Shown here: positions 30,521 through 45,655 of the stretch, piece after piece
How the letters are laid out: each line of letters opens with the position of its first letter
Numbering within the stretch: position 1 is the stretch's first letter
Assembly (NCBI RefSeq): GCF_009914755.1
Contig: NC_060930.1
Source of the DNA: the human T2T-CHM13v2.0 reference genome, Homo sapiens
Length of the DNA stretch: 64,000 nt
Strand: one strand, 5' to 3'
Program-made: the position numbers and the translations under genes
The notes under the pieces: generated by a model
The model's database searches: none
Told to the model about the DNA's origin: nothing
The model's input: only the letters and a program-made list of their open reading frames with translations

Positions 30521-31147
30521 AAAATAAATTGAGCCTTAATTAAACTTAAAATCTTCCGCACAGCAAAAGAAATAATCAGCAGAGTAAACAGACAACCCAC
30601 AGAGTGGGTAGAAAATTTTCGCAAACTATGCCTCTGAAAAAGGACTAATATCCAGAATCTGCAAGGAATTTAAACAAATCAGCAAGAAAAAAAATAATAA
30701 TTTCATCAAAAAGTGAGCTAAGGACATGAATACACAATTCTCAAAAGAAGATAACAAATGGCCAACAAACATATGAAAAAATTCTCAACATCACTAATGA
30801 TCAGAGAAATGCAAATCAAAACCAAAATGTGATACCACCTTCTTCCTGCAAGAATGGCCATGATTTAAAAATAAAAAAAATACATGTTAGTATGATGTGG
30901 TGAAAAGGGAACACTTTTACACTGCTGGTGGAAATGTAAACTAGTACAAACCCCATGGAAAACAGTATGGAGACTCCTTAAGGAACGAAAAGTAGAACTA
31001 TCATTCTATTCAACAATTCCACTACTGGGTATCTACCTAGAGGAAAAGAAGTCATTATATGAAAAAGACACTTGCACACTCACGTTTATAGCAGCACAAT
31101 TCGAAACTGCAAAAATATGGAACCAGCCTAAATGCCCATCAGCCAAT

Positions 31148-31454
<307 letters not shown>

Positions 31455-32564
31455 TTAGCCATAAAAATGAATGAAATAATGGCATCCGTAGCAAACTGGA
31501 TGAAGTTGGAGACCATTATTCTAAGTGAAGTAATTCAGGAATGGAAAACCAAACATTGTATGCTCTCTCTTATAAGTGTGAGCTAAGCTGTGACACAAAG
31601 TGTAAGAATGATTATAAGGGACTCTGGGGACTCAGAGGGAAAGGTGGAAGAGGGGTGAGGGATAAAAGACTACCCACTGGGTAGAGTGTACACTGCTCAG
31701 GTGATGGGTGCAGCAAAATCTCAGAAATCACCACTAAAGAACTTCTCTATGTAACTAAACACCGCCTGTTCCCCTAAAACTATTGACATAATAATCAATA
31801 AAGAAATATGTAGAAGGAAAAAAAGTTGTGAGAATAAAAACAAGCCATTGAAATTAAAAACTCTAAAAAGAGAATATACTCTGGATTGGTCTTAGTGAAA
31901 AAGAGAACTGGCAATTTGAAAGACGGTACCGAAGAGTTTGCTCAGAGTAGCAAAAAGATAAGATATATGGAAAAATCAGTTGAGACAAAGAGAGTAGGTA
32001 TTGCTGCTCTATTATATGTCTATTAGAAGTGCCATAAGAAGGAAATTGAAGAAAAATAATATTTGAAGAAATAATAACTAAGCTGAAGAAATATATGATT
32101 TTTATAACATAAGTACATTATGAGTATTAAACAGAATAAATAAATTCAAACCAAGATGCATTATGATGAAACTGCTGAACATCAAAGAAAAAATAAAAGT
32201 ATTGGCAATAAGAAGGAGAAAACACAAATTAAATAGGGAGGAAACACTTTGAAACTGGCAACAAACTTTTCCTCAGCAACACAAGAACGTCAGAACATAA
32301 TGGGGCAATATCTTTAAGATGCCAAAGGAACTTATCTGCCAAATTAAAATAATAGGTGGCTAAACCAGTGTACAAAAGTGGGGGTAAAACTAAAAGAAGA
32401 AAGTCAGAAAAACTCAGAAAAGGAGAATTTGCTCCCTCTAGACCTTTACTAAATTATATAAGGAGGATAACCAAACTACATGCCTTCTAATGAGAACACA
32501 CAACCACTTACGAAGTAGTCTTGCAAAAACCAATAATAAATAAAACCAGAGTTAAGTCTCTAGA

Positions 32565-33152
32565 TCAGTGCTGTCCAATAGAAATACAATGCCAGCCACA
32601 CATATATTTAAATCTTCTAGTAGCTGCATTATCAATAGTAAAAATAACAAGGTGGAAATTATTTTTAATAAATGTCACCCAATATATCCAAAATATTTAT
32701 TATTTCAATGCAATCAATAAAAAAACTATTAAGGTCAGGGTGCAGTGGTTCATGCCTATAATCCTTTTGGGCTCAAGCACTTTGGGATTGAGGCCAGATG
32801 TTCAAGACCAGCTTGGGCAATACAGTAAGACCCCACCTCTGTGAAAAATAAAAAAATTAGCTGGGCATTGGTGGCATGTGCCCTTAGTCCTAGCTACTCG
32901 GGAGGCTGAGGCAGGAAAATCATTTGAGCCCAGGAGTTTGAGGTTACAGTGAGATAAGACTGTATAACTACACACCAGTCTGGGTGACAAAGCAAGAGTG
33001 TCTCCTAGGGAGAAAAAAAAACTATTAATGAGGTATTTCATATTATTTTTTGTAATAAATCTTCAAAATTAGTGTGCATTTTGACGCAGCACATCTCAAT
33101 TTGTACTAGCCACATTTTGAGTGCTCAATAGCTACCATATAGAACAGCACAG
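32565..33152. mobile_element. MER33 (hAT-Charlie), split by AluJ
   Basis: cagtgctgtccaatagaaat ... tagccacattttgagtgctcaatag ... acagcacag termini. Confidence 0.8.
32733..33013 (+). mobile_element. AluJ
   Basis: ttgagcccaggagtttgagg; TSD aaaaaaactattaa. Confidence 0.9.
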
Positions 33153-34042
33153 CTCTGATCCAAATACTAATTTATGAGAAATACAAAAGATAAATGAACA
33201 TAGCCTCACCATAGGGATTCAATTGGCAAAATCCAGACTGTGGGAAATTCAATAGGTCCAAACCTGGTTTCTTCAACAAATTAATGGCAAAGAAAAAGGA
33301 GAGATTGAGGAGGAATTTGTAGATTAAGTGATTTAAATGACAAAGGAGAAAAAAACTTAAATGTGGTGTTTAGAAATGCACACAGGTGATAAAACTATAA
33401 GAAAAGCAAAAAAGTCATCACCATAAATGTTAGGATGGTGGTTACATTTGGAGGAAAAACGATTTCAATTGGAGTAGAGCACAGGCAGCACTTTTGGATT
33501 GTCTAACAATGTTATTTTCTGTACCTGAGTAGTGGTTACATCTTATAAATTCATGATTAACCTATACATTTGTTTCAAGTAGTTTTCCATGTATGTGTTA
33601 TATTTTATAATAAAAAAGTGTTAATTCATAAATAAATATTTGATGGAAAAAATAAATTAATTAATTAATTATAAAAGCATTAAGAACACTAAATCAAGAG
33701 CGGAGGCATGTAATCCAGGAAACAATTGTAAGCTCAGAAAATGATTAATAAAAAAGAGTCATTAAATATAATTGACTTTAACAATAATAATTTTTGCATT
33801 AAAATAAAAATAAAAAGCTAGATAATATTAAGATTGTAAGTAGAGCAGCTGAATAGGTAAATAGCAATAATTTGAGAGAAAAAGAGAAGTACTGATAAAA
33901 GTAGACTATTAGAAACATTTACATATATATTTTAAAAATTTAAAAGTAGTCAACGAAAGAGTAGAAATAAAATATACAGCTTCTAAATCAGCAGAAGAAG
34001 GAAGTGGGAGATGTGAAAATTTTTTTTTGAAAAAAGACACTA

Positions 34043-34291
34043 GGCTGGGCAAGGTGGCTCATGCCTGTAGTCCCAGCATGTTGGGAGGCTGAGGCAGGCG
34101 GATCACTTGAGACCAGGAGTTTGAGATCAGCCTGGCCAACATGGCAAAACCTTCTCTCTACTAAAAAAAAAAAAGAAAAGAAACAAAAATTAGCCAGGCA
34201 TGGTGGCACATGCCTGTAATCCCAGCTACTTGAGAGACAGAAAAGAGAATCACATGAACCTAGGAGGTGAAAGTTGCAGTGAGCTGAGATT
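34043..34291 (+). mobile_element. AluS, 3' end deleted
   Basis: Ends abruptly at gagctgagat. Confidence 0.9.
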
Positions 34292-34794
34292 AAAGCAAAA
34301 ACTAAGAAAGCGATAAGCAAACTTGACAAGTTCACAATTATGGTGGGTGATTTAACAGAGCTTTCAAAAATTCATGACTCAAATACAAAATTAAGAAGGA
34401 TATAAAAGATCTTAACAATGAAACAACAATCCTATTTAATGAATATATATAGAAACCTGCACCTTCTAATCAAAGAATACACCTTTTTTTTCAAGTCCAC
34501 TCTGAACATTTACAAAAACTGACCTTGTATTAGGCCAGAGGAGCTTCAGTAAATTCCAAAAAAAAGTACAATATTGATAAAATTCTCCATTATAAGAGAA
34601 TATTAGAATTCAAAAGTTAAAAAGTCAAAACATATACAGATGAAAACATATAGGAAAAGTTTGAAAAAAATGAGATAAGAGTTGCCAATCATATATGTGA
34701 ACATACCACAGAGCTACAATAATCGTAAGAGTGTGTTTTACTTTCAAGAATAGGTAGCTCAGAACCAGGCCACGGAATATGTAAAATTATATGT

Positions 34795-34796
<2 letters not shown>

Positions 34797-34830
<34 letters not shown>
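34797..34830 (+). repeat. (TG)n
   Basis: Direct inspection. Confidence 0.95.
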
Positions 34831-34831
<1 letters not shown>

Positions 34832-35490
34832 CATGTGCATAGATATGTGTGTGGCATAATGATTAAGTAGAAAATAAAAAGATTTATTAAATTGCATTAA
34901 AACAGTTATATCATAACTTGGAAAAATTCCTTAGCATCCTTGTATTATACACCAAAATCAATTCCAGATAGACTAAACAGTTGAGTCTAAAAGTCAAGAC
35001 AGAAAATAAGTACACAATAATAGAAATAAACATTATATCTCTGAGTGAAAGAGTATTTTTTAAGCCTAGAAGCAAAGAAAATATTCAGTAAGCAGAAGAT
35101 AGGTTTGTTTACATAAAAGTTTTCTAAAAAAAACTGTATATTAAAATGTGTACAATTTTAAAAACAAAAAACACTTGCAACATAATTCAAATAAAGACTA
35201 TAACTATAAATATCACATACAAATTAATGAGAAAAACACTATGAACTTTAGATAAATGAGCATTGGAGAAAATGAATTATTCACAGAAGAAAATATACAA
35301 TATAAAATTTGAATTTTCTATTTAAACAATAGGATTTTATTTTCACTATTGAAATTAGTAAATGCTTTAAGGGTCTGTCAATCTCTGTTGAGATGGTCTG
35401 AATACCAACACTTGTAAAGAGTTTTTTATATACATATATGTCATTCGTATGTCTTCTTTTGAGAAATATTTATTCAGGTATTTTTGCCCA

Positions 35491-36021
35491 TTTTTTAAAT
35501 TATACTTTAACTTTTAGGGTACATGTGCACAATGTGCAGGTTTGTTACATATATACACATGTGCCCTGTTGGTGTGCTGCACCCATTAACTCATCATTTA
35601 CATTAGGTATATCTCCTAATGCTATCCCTCCCCCTACCCCCACCCCACAACAGGCCCCGGTGTGTGATGTTCCCCTTCCTGTGTCCATGTGCTCTCATTG
35701 TTCAGTTCCCACCTATGAGCGAGAACATGCAGTGTTTGGTTTTTTGTCCTTGCGACAGTTTGCTGAGAATGATGGTTTCCAGCTTCATCCATGTCCCTAC
35801 ACAGGACATGAACTCATCATTTTTTATGGCTGCATAGTATTCCATGGTGTATATGTGCCACATTTTCTTAATCCAGTCTATCATTGTTGGACATTTGCGT
35901 TGGTTCCAAGTCTTTGCTATTGTGAATACTGCCACCATAAACATACATGTGCATGTGTCTTTATAGCAGCATGATTTATAATCCTTTGGGTATATACCCA
36001 GTAATGGGATGGCTGGGTCAA
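35491..36021 (-). mobile_element. L1PA4/5-like 3' fragment nested in L1M
   Basis: ttatactttaacttttagggtacatgtgcac...; ORF2 C-terminus in the ORF track. Confidence 0.92.
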
Positions 36022-39000
36022 CGGGATTTTTTGTTTTTTGGCCTTGAGTTGTTTGAGTTGATTATATTCTGGTTATGAATCCCTTGTCAGATGGGTAGTT
36101 TGCATGTATTTAATCCCATTCTGTAGTTTGTCTCTTCACTTTGTTAATTGCTGTCTTTGCTATGTAGATGCTTTTTGGCTTGCTATCCTATTTGTCCATT
36201 TCTGCTTTTGTTGCCTGTGCTTTTGAGGTCTTACCCAAAAGATCTTTGCCCAGACCAATGTCCTGTAGTGTTTTCCTAATGTTTTCCTTTAGTAGCTTCA
36301 TATTTTCAGTTCTTACATCCAAGTTTTTAATCCATTTTGTGTTGATTGTTGTATATGGTGAACAATAGGGATTTAGTTTCATTCATCTGCATATGGAGAT
36401 GCACATTTTTCAGCACCATTTATTAAAGAGACTGTCCTTTCCTATTAGTGCCTTTGTTGAAAATAAGTTGAGTGTAAATATGTGGATTTATTTGTAGGCT
36501 CTCTATTCTGTTTCATTTGTCTATGTGACTGTTTTTAAGCCAGTACCATGCTGTTTTGGTTACTATAGTCTCATAATATGTTTTTAAGTCAGGCAGTGTG
36601 ATGCCTCCAGCTTTGTTCTTTTTGCTCAGAATTGCTTTAGCTACTTGGGGTCCTTTGTTGTTTCATATGAATTTTAGGATTGTTTTTCTATTTCTGTAAA
36701 TAATTTCAAAACAGTTTATAGGAATTGCATTGAATCTGTAAATCACTTTGGATGGCATAGACATTTTAACAATTTAACAATATCAATTCTTCCAAACTTT
36801 TTGTGTGTGTGTGTCCTCTTCAATTTCTTTTATCAATGCTTTAAAGTTTTCTTTGTAGAGCTCTTTCACTTCTATGGTTAAATTTATTTCTAGATATTTT
36901 ATTTAATTTTTGTAGCTATTGTAGATGGGATTGCTTTTTTATTTCATTTTCAGATTGATTACTGTTAGCATATAGAAATGCTACTGATTTTTGTATGTTG
37001 ATTTTGTATCCTGCAGCTTTACTGAATTTGTTTATCTAAGAGTTTGTTGGTATAATTATGACGTTTTTCTAAATATAAGATTATGTTATCTGTAAACAAG
37101 GCAAATTTGACTTCTCCCTTTCCAATTTGGATCCTCTCTGTTTCTTTCCCTTGCTTAATTGCTCTGATTAGTAGTATGTTGAATAGAAGTGGTGAACGTG
37201 GGCATCCTTGTCATGTTCCACATCTTAGTGCAAAGGCTTTCAATTTTCCCCCATTTAGTACATTATCAGCTGTGGGTTTGTCATATATGGCTTTTATTGT
37301 ATTGAGGTATGTTTCTTCTATACCCAATTTAGTGAGAGTTTTTTATCATGAAAAGATGCTGAGTTTTATTGAATGCTTTTCAGCATCTATTGAAATGATC
37401 GTGTGTTTTTGTCCTTGATTCTGTTGATGTGATGTATCATATTTATTGATTTGTGTACGTTGAACCATCCTTGCATCCCTGGGATGAATCTCACTTGATC
37501 ATGGTGAATGACACTTTTAATGTATTGTTGAATTCTGTTTGCTAGTATTTTCTGAGGATTTTTGATGAGTATTTGTTGATCTATGTTTATTGAGTCATTG
37601 GCCTATAGTTTTCTCTCTTTTTTATTATGTTCTTGTTTGGTTTTGGCCTATAGTTTTCTTTTTTTTAAATGCCCTTCTCTGAGTTCAGTATCAGGGTAAT
37701 GCTGGCCTGACAGAATGAGTTTGAAAGTATTCCCTTATCTTCAATTTTTTTGAAATAGATTGAGGAGAATTGGTATCAGTTCTACTTTAAATGTCTGGCA
37801 GGATTTAACAGTGAATCCTTCAGGTCCTGGGCATTCCTTTGATGAGGGACTTTTTATTACTGCTTTATTCTTTTTACTCATTATTACTTTGTTCAATTTT
37901 TCTATTTCTTCATGTTCAATCTTGATAGGTTGTATGTTTCCAGAAATTTATCCATATCTCACAAGTTGTCAGATGTGTTGGCATATAGTCATTTACAGTA
38001 GTCTCTAATGATCTATTATATTTCTGTTGTATCAGTTGTACAGTCTCTAATGATCTATTGTATTTCTGTTTATCTATTCAAATAACAAACTTTTTATTTC
38101 TTTGATCTTTTGTATTTGTTTTTAATCTCAATTTTATTTATTTCTGCTCTGACCTTTATTACTTGTTTCTTTCTACTAATTTTAGGTTTTATTTGTTATT
38201 GCTTTTCTAGTTCCGTGGGTTGCATGGTTAGGTTGTTTATCTGAAGTCTTTCTACTTTTCTGATGTAGATGTTTATTGCTATAAGCTGCCCCCTTAGTAC
38301 TTCTGTTGTTGTACCCCATGGGTTCTGTTATGTTGTGTTTCCATTTTCATTTATTTCAAATCATTTTAAATTTCTTCTTTGACCCATTGGTCATTCAGGA
38401 GCATGTTGTTTAATTTTCATATATTTGTACAGTTTCTAGAGTTCCTCTTGGTATTAATTTCTAGTTTTATTTTATTGTGGCCAGAAAAGATACTTGATAT
38501 AATTTTGACTTTTTTGAATGTGTTGGGACTTATTTTATGGACTAACATATGGCCAATTCTGGAGAATGTTCCATGTGCTGATGAGAAGAATATGTATTTT
38601 GCAGCAGTTGGATGAATATGTAAATGTCTATTTGGTTCATTTGGTCCAGATAATAGTTTAACTTCCATGTTTCTTTCTTGATTTTCTGCCTGGATGATCT
38701 TTTCATTGCCAAAATTAGGGGTGTAGAAGTCTGCTAATATTTACTGTAATGCAGTCTATCTCTTCCTTTAGAGCTATTACTATTTCCTTTATATGCTCAG
38801 GTGCTCTGGTGTTGGGTGCACGTATATTTACTATTGTTATATCCTCTTGCTGAATTGACACCTTTATTATCATATAATGTCTTCTTTGTCTCTTTTTCTG
38901 GTTTTTGACCTAAAGTCTATTTCATCTTATAGAGGTATAGCTACTTATACTCTTTTGGTTTCTATTTGCATGAAACATCTTTTTGCATTCCTTCACTTTC

Positions 39001-39354
39001 AGTTTATGTTTGTGTTTACAGATGAAGTGAATTTTTGTAGGCAGCATATAGTTGGTCCTTATTTTTTACTTCATTCAGCCTCTCTATATCTTTCAATTGG
39101 AAAATTTAGTCCATTTCCATTCAATGTTATTATTGAGAGGTAATAACAATGAATAACTACTGCTATTATGTTGCTTGTTTTCTGGCTATTTTGTAACTCC
39201 TGTCTTCCTTTCTTCGTTTCTTACTGTTTTCCTTTGTGATTAAGTGATTTTCTTTGGTAGTATGTTTTAATTTGTTACTTTTTATTTTTAATGTATCTAT
39301 TATATGCTTTGGCTTAGTGATTACAATAAGGCTTACCAAAAACATCCTATAGTT

Positions 39355-39567
39355 CCGGGGTGTCCAATCTTTTGGTTTCCCTGGGCCACATTGGAAAAAG
39401 GAGAATTGTCTTGTGCCACCAATAAAATACACTAACACTAATGATAGCTGATGAGCTAAAAAACATCACACAAAAAATCTCATAATGTTTTAAGAAAGTT
39501 TACAAATTTGTGTTGGGCCACACTGAAACCTGTCCAGGGCCACTGGGCCATGAATTGGATAAGCTTG
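39355..39567 (+). mobile_element. MER30 (hAT-Charlie)
   Basis: ccggggtgtccaatcttttgg...ggataagcttg; perfect 8-bp TSD ctatagtt. Confidence 0.9.
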
Positions 39568-41421
39568 CTATAGTTCTAACAAGTTATTTAAAACAGACAC
39601 CAATTTAACTTTTATCACAAAAAAAAAAGACCACCAGCAAAAAAGTTGGTATAAATTAATTCTCTTCTCCTTCCACATTTAAAATTTTTGATATCACAAT
39701 TTACACTTTTATGTTGTCTGTTTAAAAAGTTTTGTAGTTATTATTTTTAATAGCTTTCCTTTTAGTATTGTTGTAAAGATATAAGTGCTTTATACACCAA
39801 GATTACAATATTAGTGTAACAATCATGTTAGCATTCTTTTCTTTTGGTTTGAAGAACTCCCTTTAGCATATTTTGTAAAACAGGTCTGATAGCAATTAAT
39901 TCCCTCACCTTTCATTTGTCTGCGAAAGTCTTTATTGTTCCCTAGTTTTTGATGGACAGCTTTGCTTGGTATAGCATACTTGGTTGACAGCTTTTATTTT
40001 TCCTTCAGCACTCTGAATATATTGTCTCACTCCCTTCTGGACTGTAAGTTTACTGCTATGAAGTCTGCTGCCAGGTGTATAGGATCTCCCTTATATGTTA
40101 TTCGTTTATTTTCCCACTCTGCTTTCAGGGTCTTCTTTTTGACTTTGGCCTTTGAGAGTTTGATCATAATATGTCTTATGGTATTCTTATTTGGTTTAAA
40201 TCTTATTGGTGATTTTTGACCTTCCTGTATCTAGGTATTTCTATCTTTTTTCAGGTTTGGAAAGTTTTCTGTGATTATTTCTTCTAATAAGCATTCTACC
40301 CTTTTGTTTTTCTCAGTTTCTTCTTTAACTCCAATAACTCAATTATTTGCTCTTTTGATGTTTTCTCATAGATCTCATAAGGCTTCTTTCTTTTTTATTC
40401 TTTTTTTGTCTTCTCTATTTTAAAACAGACTGTCTTCAAGCTCACTGATTCTTTCTCCTGTTTGATCAATTCTGCTGTTGATGCTGTCTGTTGCATTTTT
40501 CATTTTATTTACTATGCTGTTCAGCTCCAGGATTTCTGCTTAATTTTAAAAAAATATTTCAATCTCTTAAATATTTTCTGATAAATTTATGAATTAATTT
40601 TTTTGTGTTTTATTGCAGTTCATTGAGCTTTCTTAAAACAGATGTTTTGAATTCTTTCTATAAGAGATCATACATCTTCATCACTTTAGGTTCATTCTCT
40701 AATACCTATTTTGTACATTTGGTAAGGCCATATTTCCCTGAATCTTCTTGATGCTTATGAACATGCAACAATGTCTGCACATTGAGAGATTAAGTATTTA
40801 TTTTAGTCTTCACAGTCTGGCTTTGTTTGTGCTTGTCCTTTTTCAGAGGGCCTTCCAGAGATTCTAAGCAGACTGACTGTTGTGTTTGCTGAGCGTGTGA
40901 CCACTGCAGCTGCCTCAGCAGTAGAGAATGCTCTAAGTCCAGGCTTGCTGCAAGTCTCATGAGGGCTCTGAGGTTTATATGGCAACACTGGGTAGGGACA
41001 TGAGTTCAGAAGACTGTCCCAGTGGCCCAGATGGGTGTGCCTCCCAGCAGGTCTCTGCACATACAAGATAGGTCCCCCACTGCACTGAGAGGGGCTAGAG
41101 TTGAGACTGGACCCCCTCAGGATTTACTGGTAGGAATGAGGCTGGTAGGCCCATCTCATTGGCTCAAGTGGCTGTGCATCACCCTGCAGGACCCTGCAAA
41201 AGCCAAGTAGTACCTCAACTGCAACAGGAGGGTCCAGAGATGAGATGGGGTCTTCTTAGGATCTGCTGTGGAATGAAGGTTGGCATGTTTATCATGTTAT
41301 CTCAGATGGGTATGCATCTCCCAGCATGTCCATACATGGACAGGCTAGTTCTCCAACTGTAGCAGAAGGAGCTGGAACTGAGACTGGAATCTGAGATTTG
41401 CTGTAAGAAAGAGGCTGGAGA

Positions 41422-41750
<329 letters not shown>

Positions 41751-42981
41751 TCAAAGTGGCACACACCTCCCAGCAAGTCCCTGCACATATGGGATAGTTC
41801 TCTGACTGCAGTAGGAGGAGCTGGAGCTGAGACTGAGTACCCTCAGGATCTGTGGGAGGGAGATTGGTGAGACCATCTGGGAAGCTCAGATTCCTGGGCT
41901 GTGAGACATGGGTGAATCTTCCTCTGGGTCCTTGTGTGAGTGGTTCTGAGCTAGGAGCTCAGCTGAAGGGGGCTGGAGCAGAGCCACAGGACAACTTTCA
42001 GGTTCACTGCTGTGACTGCTGTCAGTAAGTAGATAAACCTTTCTGCCAAGCACTAGTGTGTGCAATTCCTTCTGAACCCCTTGGCAGATGGTTTTATTTG
42101 CAGGCTCAAGGCCAAATGGGGCTGTAGCCAAGCCCCTTGGAGGACTGGGCCATTTCCAGGCTTGAACCCAGGAGCAATCTTGGCAGATTAACCACCTGGG
42201 TGTTGGTTTTCACTCTCAAAGTGACCCTCCAAGATCTTGGACTCCACTGGGGTTTCACAAACTCTTACCTAAATCCTGAGGCTTTTGCTGAGAGAATGTG
42301 GATAGATGCAGAATTCTTGTTGTGGCGGAATATTATTAGGTTATCTTCTATTCTGCCATCTTGGTGACATCACTCTCTTTTAATTGTGGATAATTTCTAT
42401 GCTTTGAAATACTCTCCTGTATTCCCCATATATTGCCTTTTTTTTAACAAATAATAAAACAAAATCAAAGATAGGCTGGAGAGGGAGTAACAGGCCAGGC
42501 AGAAACTTCAAGGATGAAAGAAGTAACAGCTTTAGAAATCTTAGAAATCCTAGAAATCTTGCTTAGTGACCAAGACTTTGGTGTGCTTTTTAGAGGTTGT
42601 ATTGACCTAACCCAGGCCAGAAACAAAACAAAGGAACTAGTACATAAACAAAAGTAATATTTTTATTTCATTTAATGCAAGTACTTACTAAGTAGTTCTT
42701 ATGATGGAGCTTAGAAATATTTATGAACTGTGGAATTATACTCCAATGTATTGTCATGTAATTTAACTTATCATTCAATTATTGGTATTTTGTTAGTAAC
42801 TAAAACTCTGCTCTTAATAATGTTTGTTATAATTTTGATGTTACTATTTCTTCAGGACCAATGAATTAATTGATCAGCAAATTTTTACTAACACATTTTA
42901 TTTAGATAACTAGCTTGAGAACTATTTATTAGATACCTACTTTAGATCTCTGGCTCAGTTTTCTGGTACATTTAATAAAAG

Positions 42982-43110
42982 GTGTGGCTTTCAAATTTTT
43001 CTGTGTATGTGAATGACTTGAGGATCTTGTTAAACCACAGATTCTGGGACAGTAGTTAGAGAGGGTGCCTGAGAGTCTGCATTTCTATCCAACCATTACT
43101 TTTAATAGCA
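42982..43110. mobile_element. MER5A-like fragment
   Basis: gatcttgttaaaccacagattctggg...cctgagagtctgcatttcta. Confidence 0.6.
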
Positions 43111-44074
43111 GGATTTTAGAGAACTCTGAGGCCCCCAACAACTTCAAGTCTATGATATCATTTCTTACCATTAAGATGATTCCTGCAGAGCTGTGGGACT
43201 TAGGACTAGTTATACTGTAAAGGGCCTTTTCTACATTGTCTCCTCACCAACAATTTTATCAACTTAAGTCCTTTGGCTGGAAGGCAGAGGTGGGAAGTGA
43301 CATCTGCCAGATTGTGACTGTCAGTGTCAAAGAGGTGGTCGAACGGCGACCGTGGAGGGAGAAGGAAGCAGAATTATGTGCTGACATGAATTGCATTGGC
43401 TGACTGACTTCTATTTTTATGACACTTCATCCTTCTCCTGCCTTCTCACTGGAACTAATTAAATAGGCCCATCAGGCTGAGATGTGACACAGCTTCAACC
43501 CCATCAAATTGTAAAATCACTTTCAGTTGTCCCATTCTTCCAGGCCGTAGAGACTGTTTTACCCAGCAGACTCATGCAAGACACTCAAGGCAATAAAAAA
43601 CAATGATGCTTGATATTTTTTTCTCTGGAGGAGCTGACACCCCACTTGAGGAGACAAGAAATTGGGAGAAGCAATGAGAAAGTGAGAAAAATTGGAGTAC
43701 TGTTAATTACTTTGAAGAACTGAGGACATCAAGTTAACCTTGCTTTGTTTAAGAAATTTTGAGGTAGTATGAATTTAAGAAGAGAAAACATTGCATCTGA
43801 ATTGATCCCAATCAAGTTAATTGAACAAAGGGAAGCATTCCAGGAATACCTTTAATACTAAATGAGAACATTGATTTTCATTGCAAGGCATACACCCTAA
43901 GGAACCCTCCATATATTTCTGAAATAAAATGTAAACACTTACAATAAAGTTGATATTCCATTTTTACATTATTAGTAGGATCCAACCATATATTGGGAAT
44001 ATTAATAAATATGTTCTAAATTTATAATAATGAACTTTTTTGTTTTTAATTCAAGAAATATATTTGATAAAATT

Positions 44075-45010
44075 ATTGGCTACCACAGAAACAAAGAAAG
44101 TTGGTTTGACATTTGGTAAGGCAATTAAAAACAATGGTTTCACATTCCTGTTGTTGAAACTGTTATTGAAAGTACTTTTATTGGCTTGATAGCAGAAATG
44201 TATAGTGTGACCTTGTGAAATCTAATGCATAGAAAATTTATTTAAAATTAGTTCATAGCAAAGCTCTGGCGTCTTTGGATAACATCATGCCTGCTCAATT
44301 GACCTTTTTCTTCTTTAGGGTGCTCTGCTGGTTAATGGTAGCTGTTTCAAGCAGGGAAAGCTTAGTGGTAACATGGTGCTCAGTTTTATGGTAAGGATAG
44401 GAAAGAAAACTCTCAAGAGGGAAAAAGATTAATGCTTCCAAATTAGAAATTTTTAAATGTCTCCTAGATTTAATTATAGTGGCTAAAGTTTTCAGTGCCC
44501 AGGATGGAATTTAAACTACAGAATTAATGGAATTCTGGTCTGGATCCAGCAAGATAGGAAAAGACTAAGGAGATTTTTTGAAAATGGTCCCCAGACCCCT
44601 AGAATTGGCCTGAATCTCAGAAGGTCAGAAAGTAATATCTAAAGCAGAGCCTAAGGTCAAACACACCTATATAAGATGCTATTAAATCAATTTTAGTTAG
44701 AGTTATATCATTTCCCCAAAAAATCTTTTTTATATGTAATCTTTTTTTGCAAACTAAACTAGAAATCCTTTTCCAAAATACATTTTTAAAAACTCTCTTA
44801 GTGACCTTACAGTGCACGAAGTATTTAGGTCAGTGAGATTTTGGAGTATTTTCCAAAGCAAATGGGAAAATTTTGGCCCATACTCTGGGCTGCACATTAA
44901 GATCAGGCCTGAAAGAAGCCTATAGTCTTTCAAGTGAAATCTAGGGTTATTTTGGAGGATTAGAATTATTTTCAGACATGACATAATCTGCATTTATCCT
45001 CATGGATCTC
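44075..45010 (-). pseudogene. Large coding block with RGS-like remnants, continuing after the ERVL insertion
   Basis: Reads RSMRINADYV...KIFPFALEN; then TVRSLREFLKMYFG...TKIDLIASY/CLTLGSALDITF...LGTIFK; then a 71-codon ATG-less open frame at 44510-44298 (IPSWALKTLATIIKS...FFPLESFLSY) in the same frame as ORF 44754..44993. Confidence 0.5.
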
Positions 45011-45650
45011 TGTGGTAGAAACAATCAATCCCTCTTCCAGAAAGAACTTAATGCCTCAGGTGTCAGCACCTTCTGAGTTTGCCTCAGTTGCACAGCCCCA
45101 TTTTTCCAGGGCAAAGGCATTCCCAGAAGCCCACATCCAATGACTGATGGCAGATACAATGACTGATGGTGGTGGAGTATAGAGGACCAATGTGGTACCC
45201 CTCTGATAAACATATGTGCCCCAGCTTCCCTGGGGATTGGCTGAGGCTGTCATCCTATATCACAATTTGGCATATCCCTTTGCCCAATTCTGGCCCCACC
45301 TCTCCCTTATACATGAGTTGATTTCTGAATCCTGAGCAGCTAGTCTGAGACACGACCAGGAGTGGTGCCAGAATGCAGGTGATAAGATGGAGATTTGGAG
45401 CTGTATCACTTACTGTCCAGTGGGCAATAAGGACTCCAATAATGGTGCTGGATGGAGCACAGTGCACCTGGCATTGACTGTGAATTAGGATGGTATACTG
45501 GTGGAAAGGAATTCACTAGCAGATGTGATTTATTAGCCTTGTTGAGAAGTATGAGGAAATAGTAAATATAAAGAAAATGGCATTGGATAGCTATTGTTTA
45601 GCATCACTGATAATTTTGAAGATAAAGAAAAGCTATAGGTGAAGAAACAG
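45011..45650 (+). mobile_element. ERVL LTR (LTR40-like) plus start of the internal region
   Basis: tgtggtag start; tgtcagcaccttctgagtttgcctcagttgcac and cccacatccaatgactga motifs; tggtgccag PBS-like sequence, then gag-like sequence. Confidence 0.65.
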
Positions 45651-45655
45651 TGCTT

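Larger units (their letters stand above)
31830..35350 (+). mobile_element. Fragmented ancient L1M/HAL1 and L1MC remnants
   Basis: A-rich ORF1-like and ORF2-like degraded sequence; subfamily not resolvable by eye. Confidence 0.55.
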
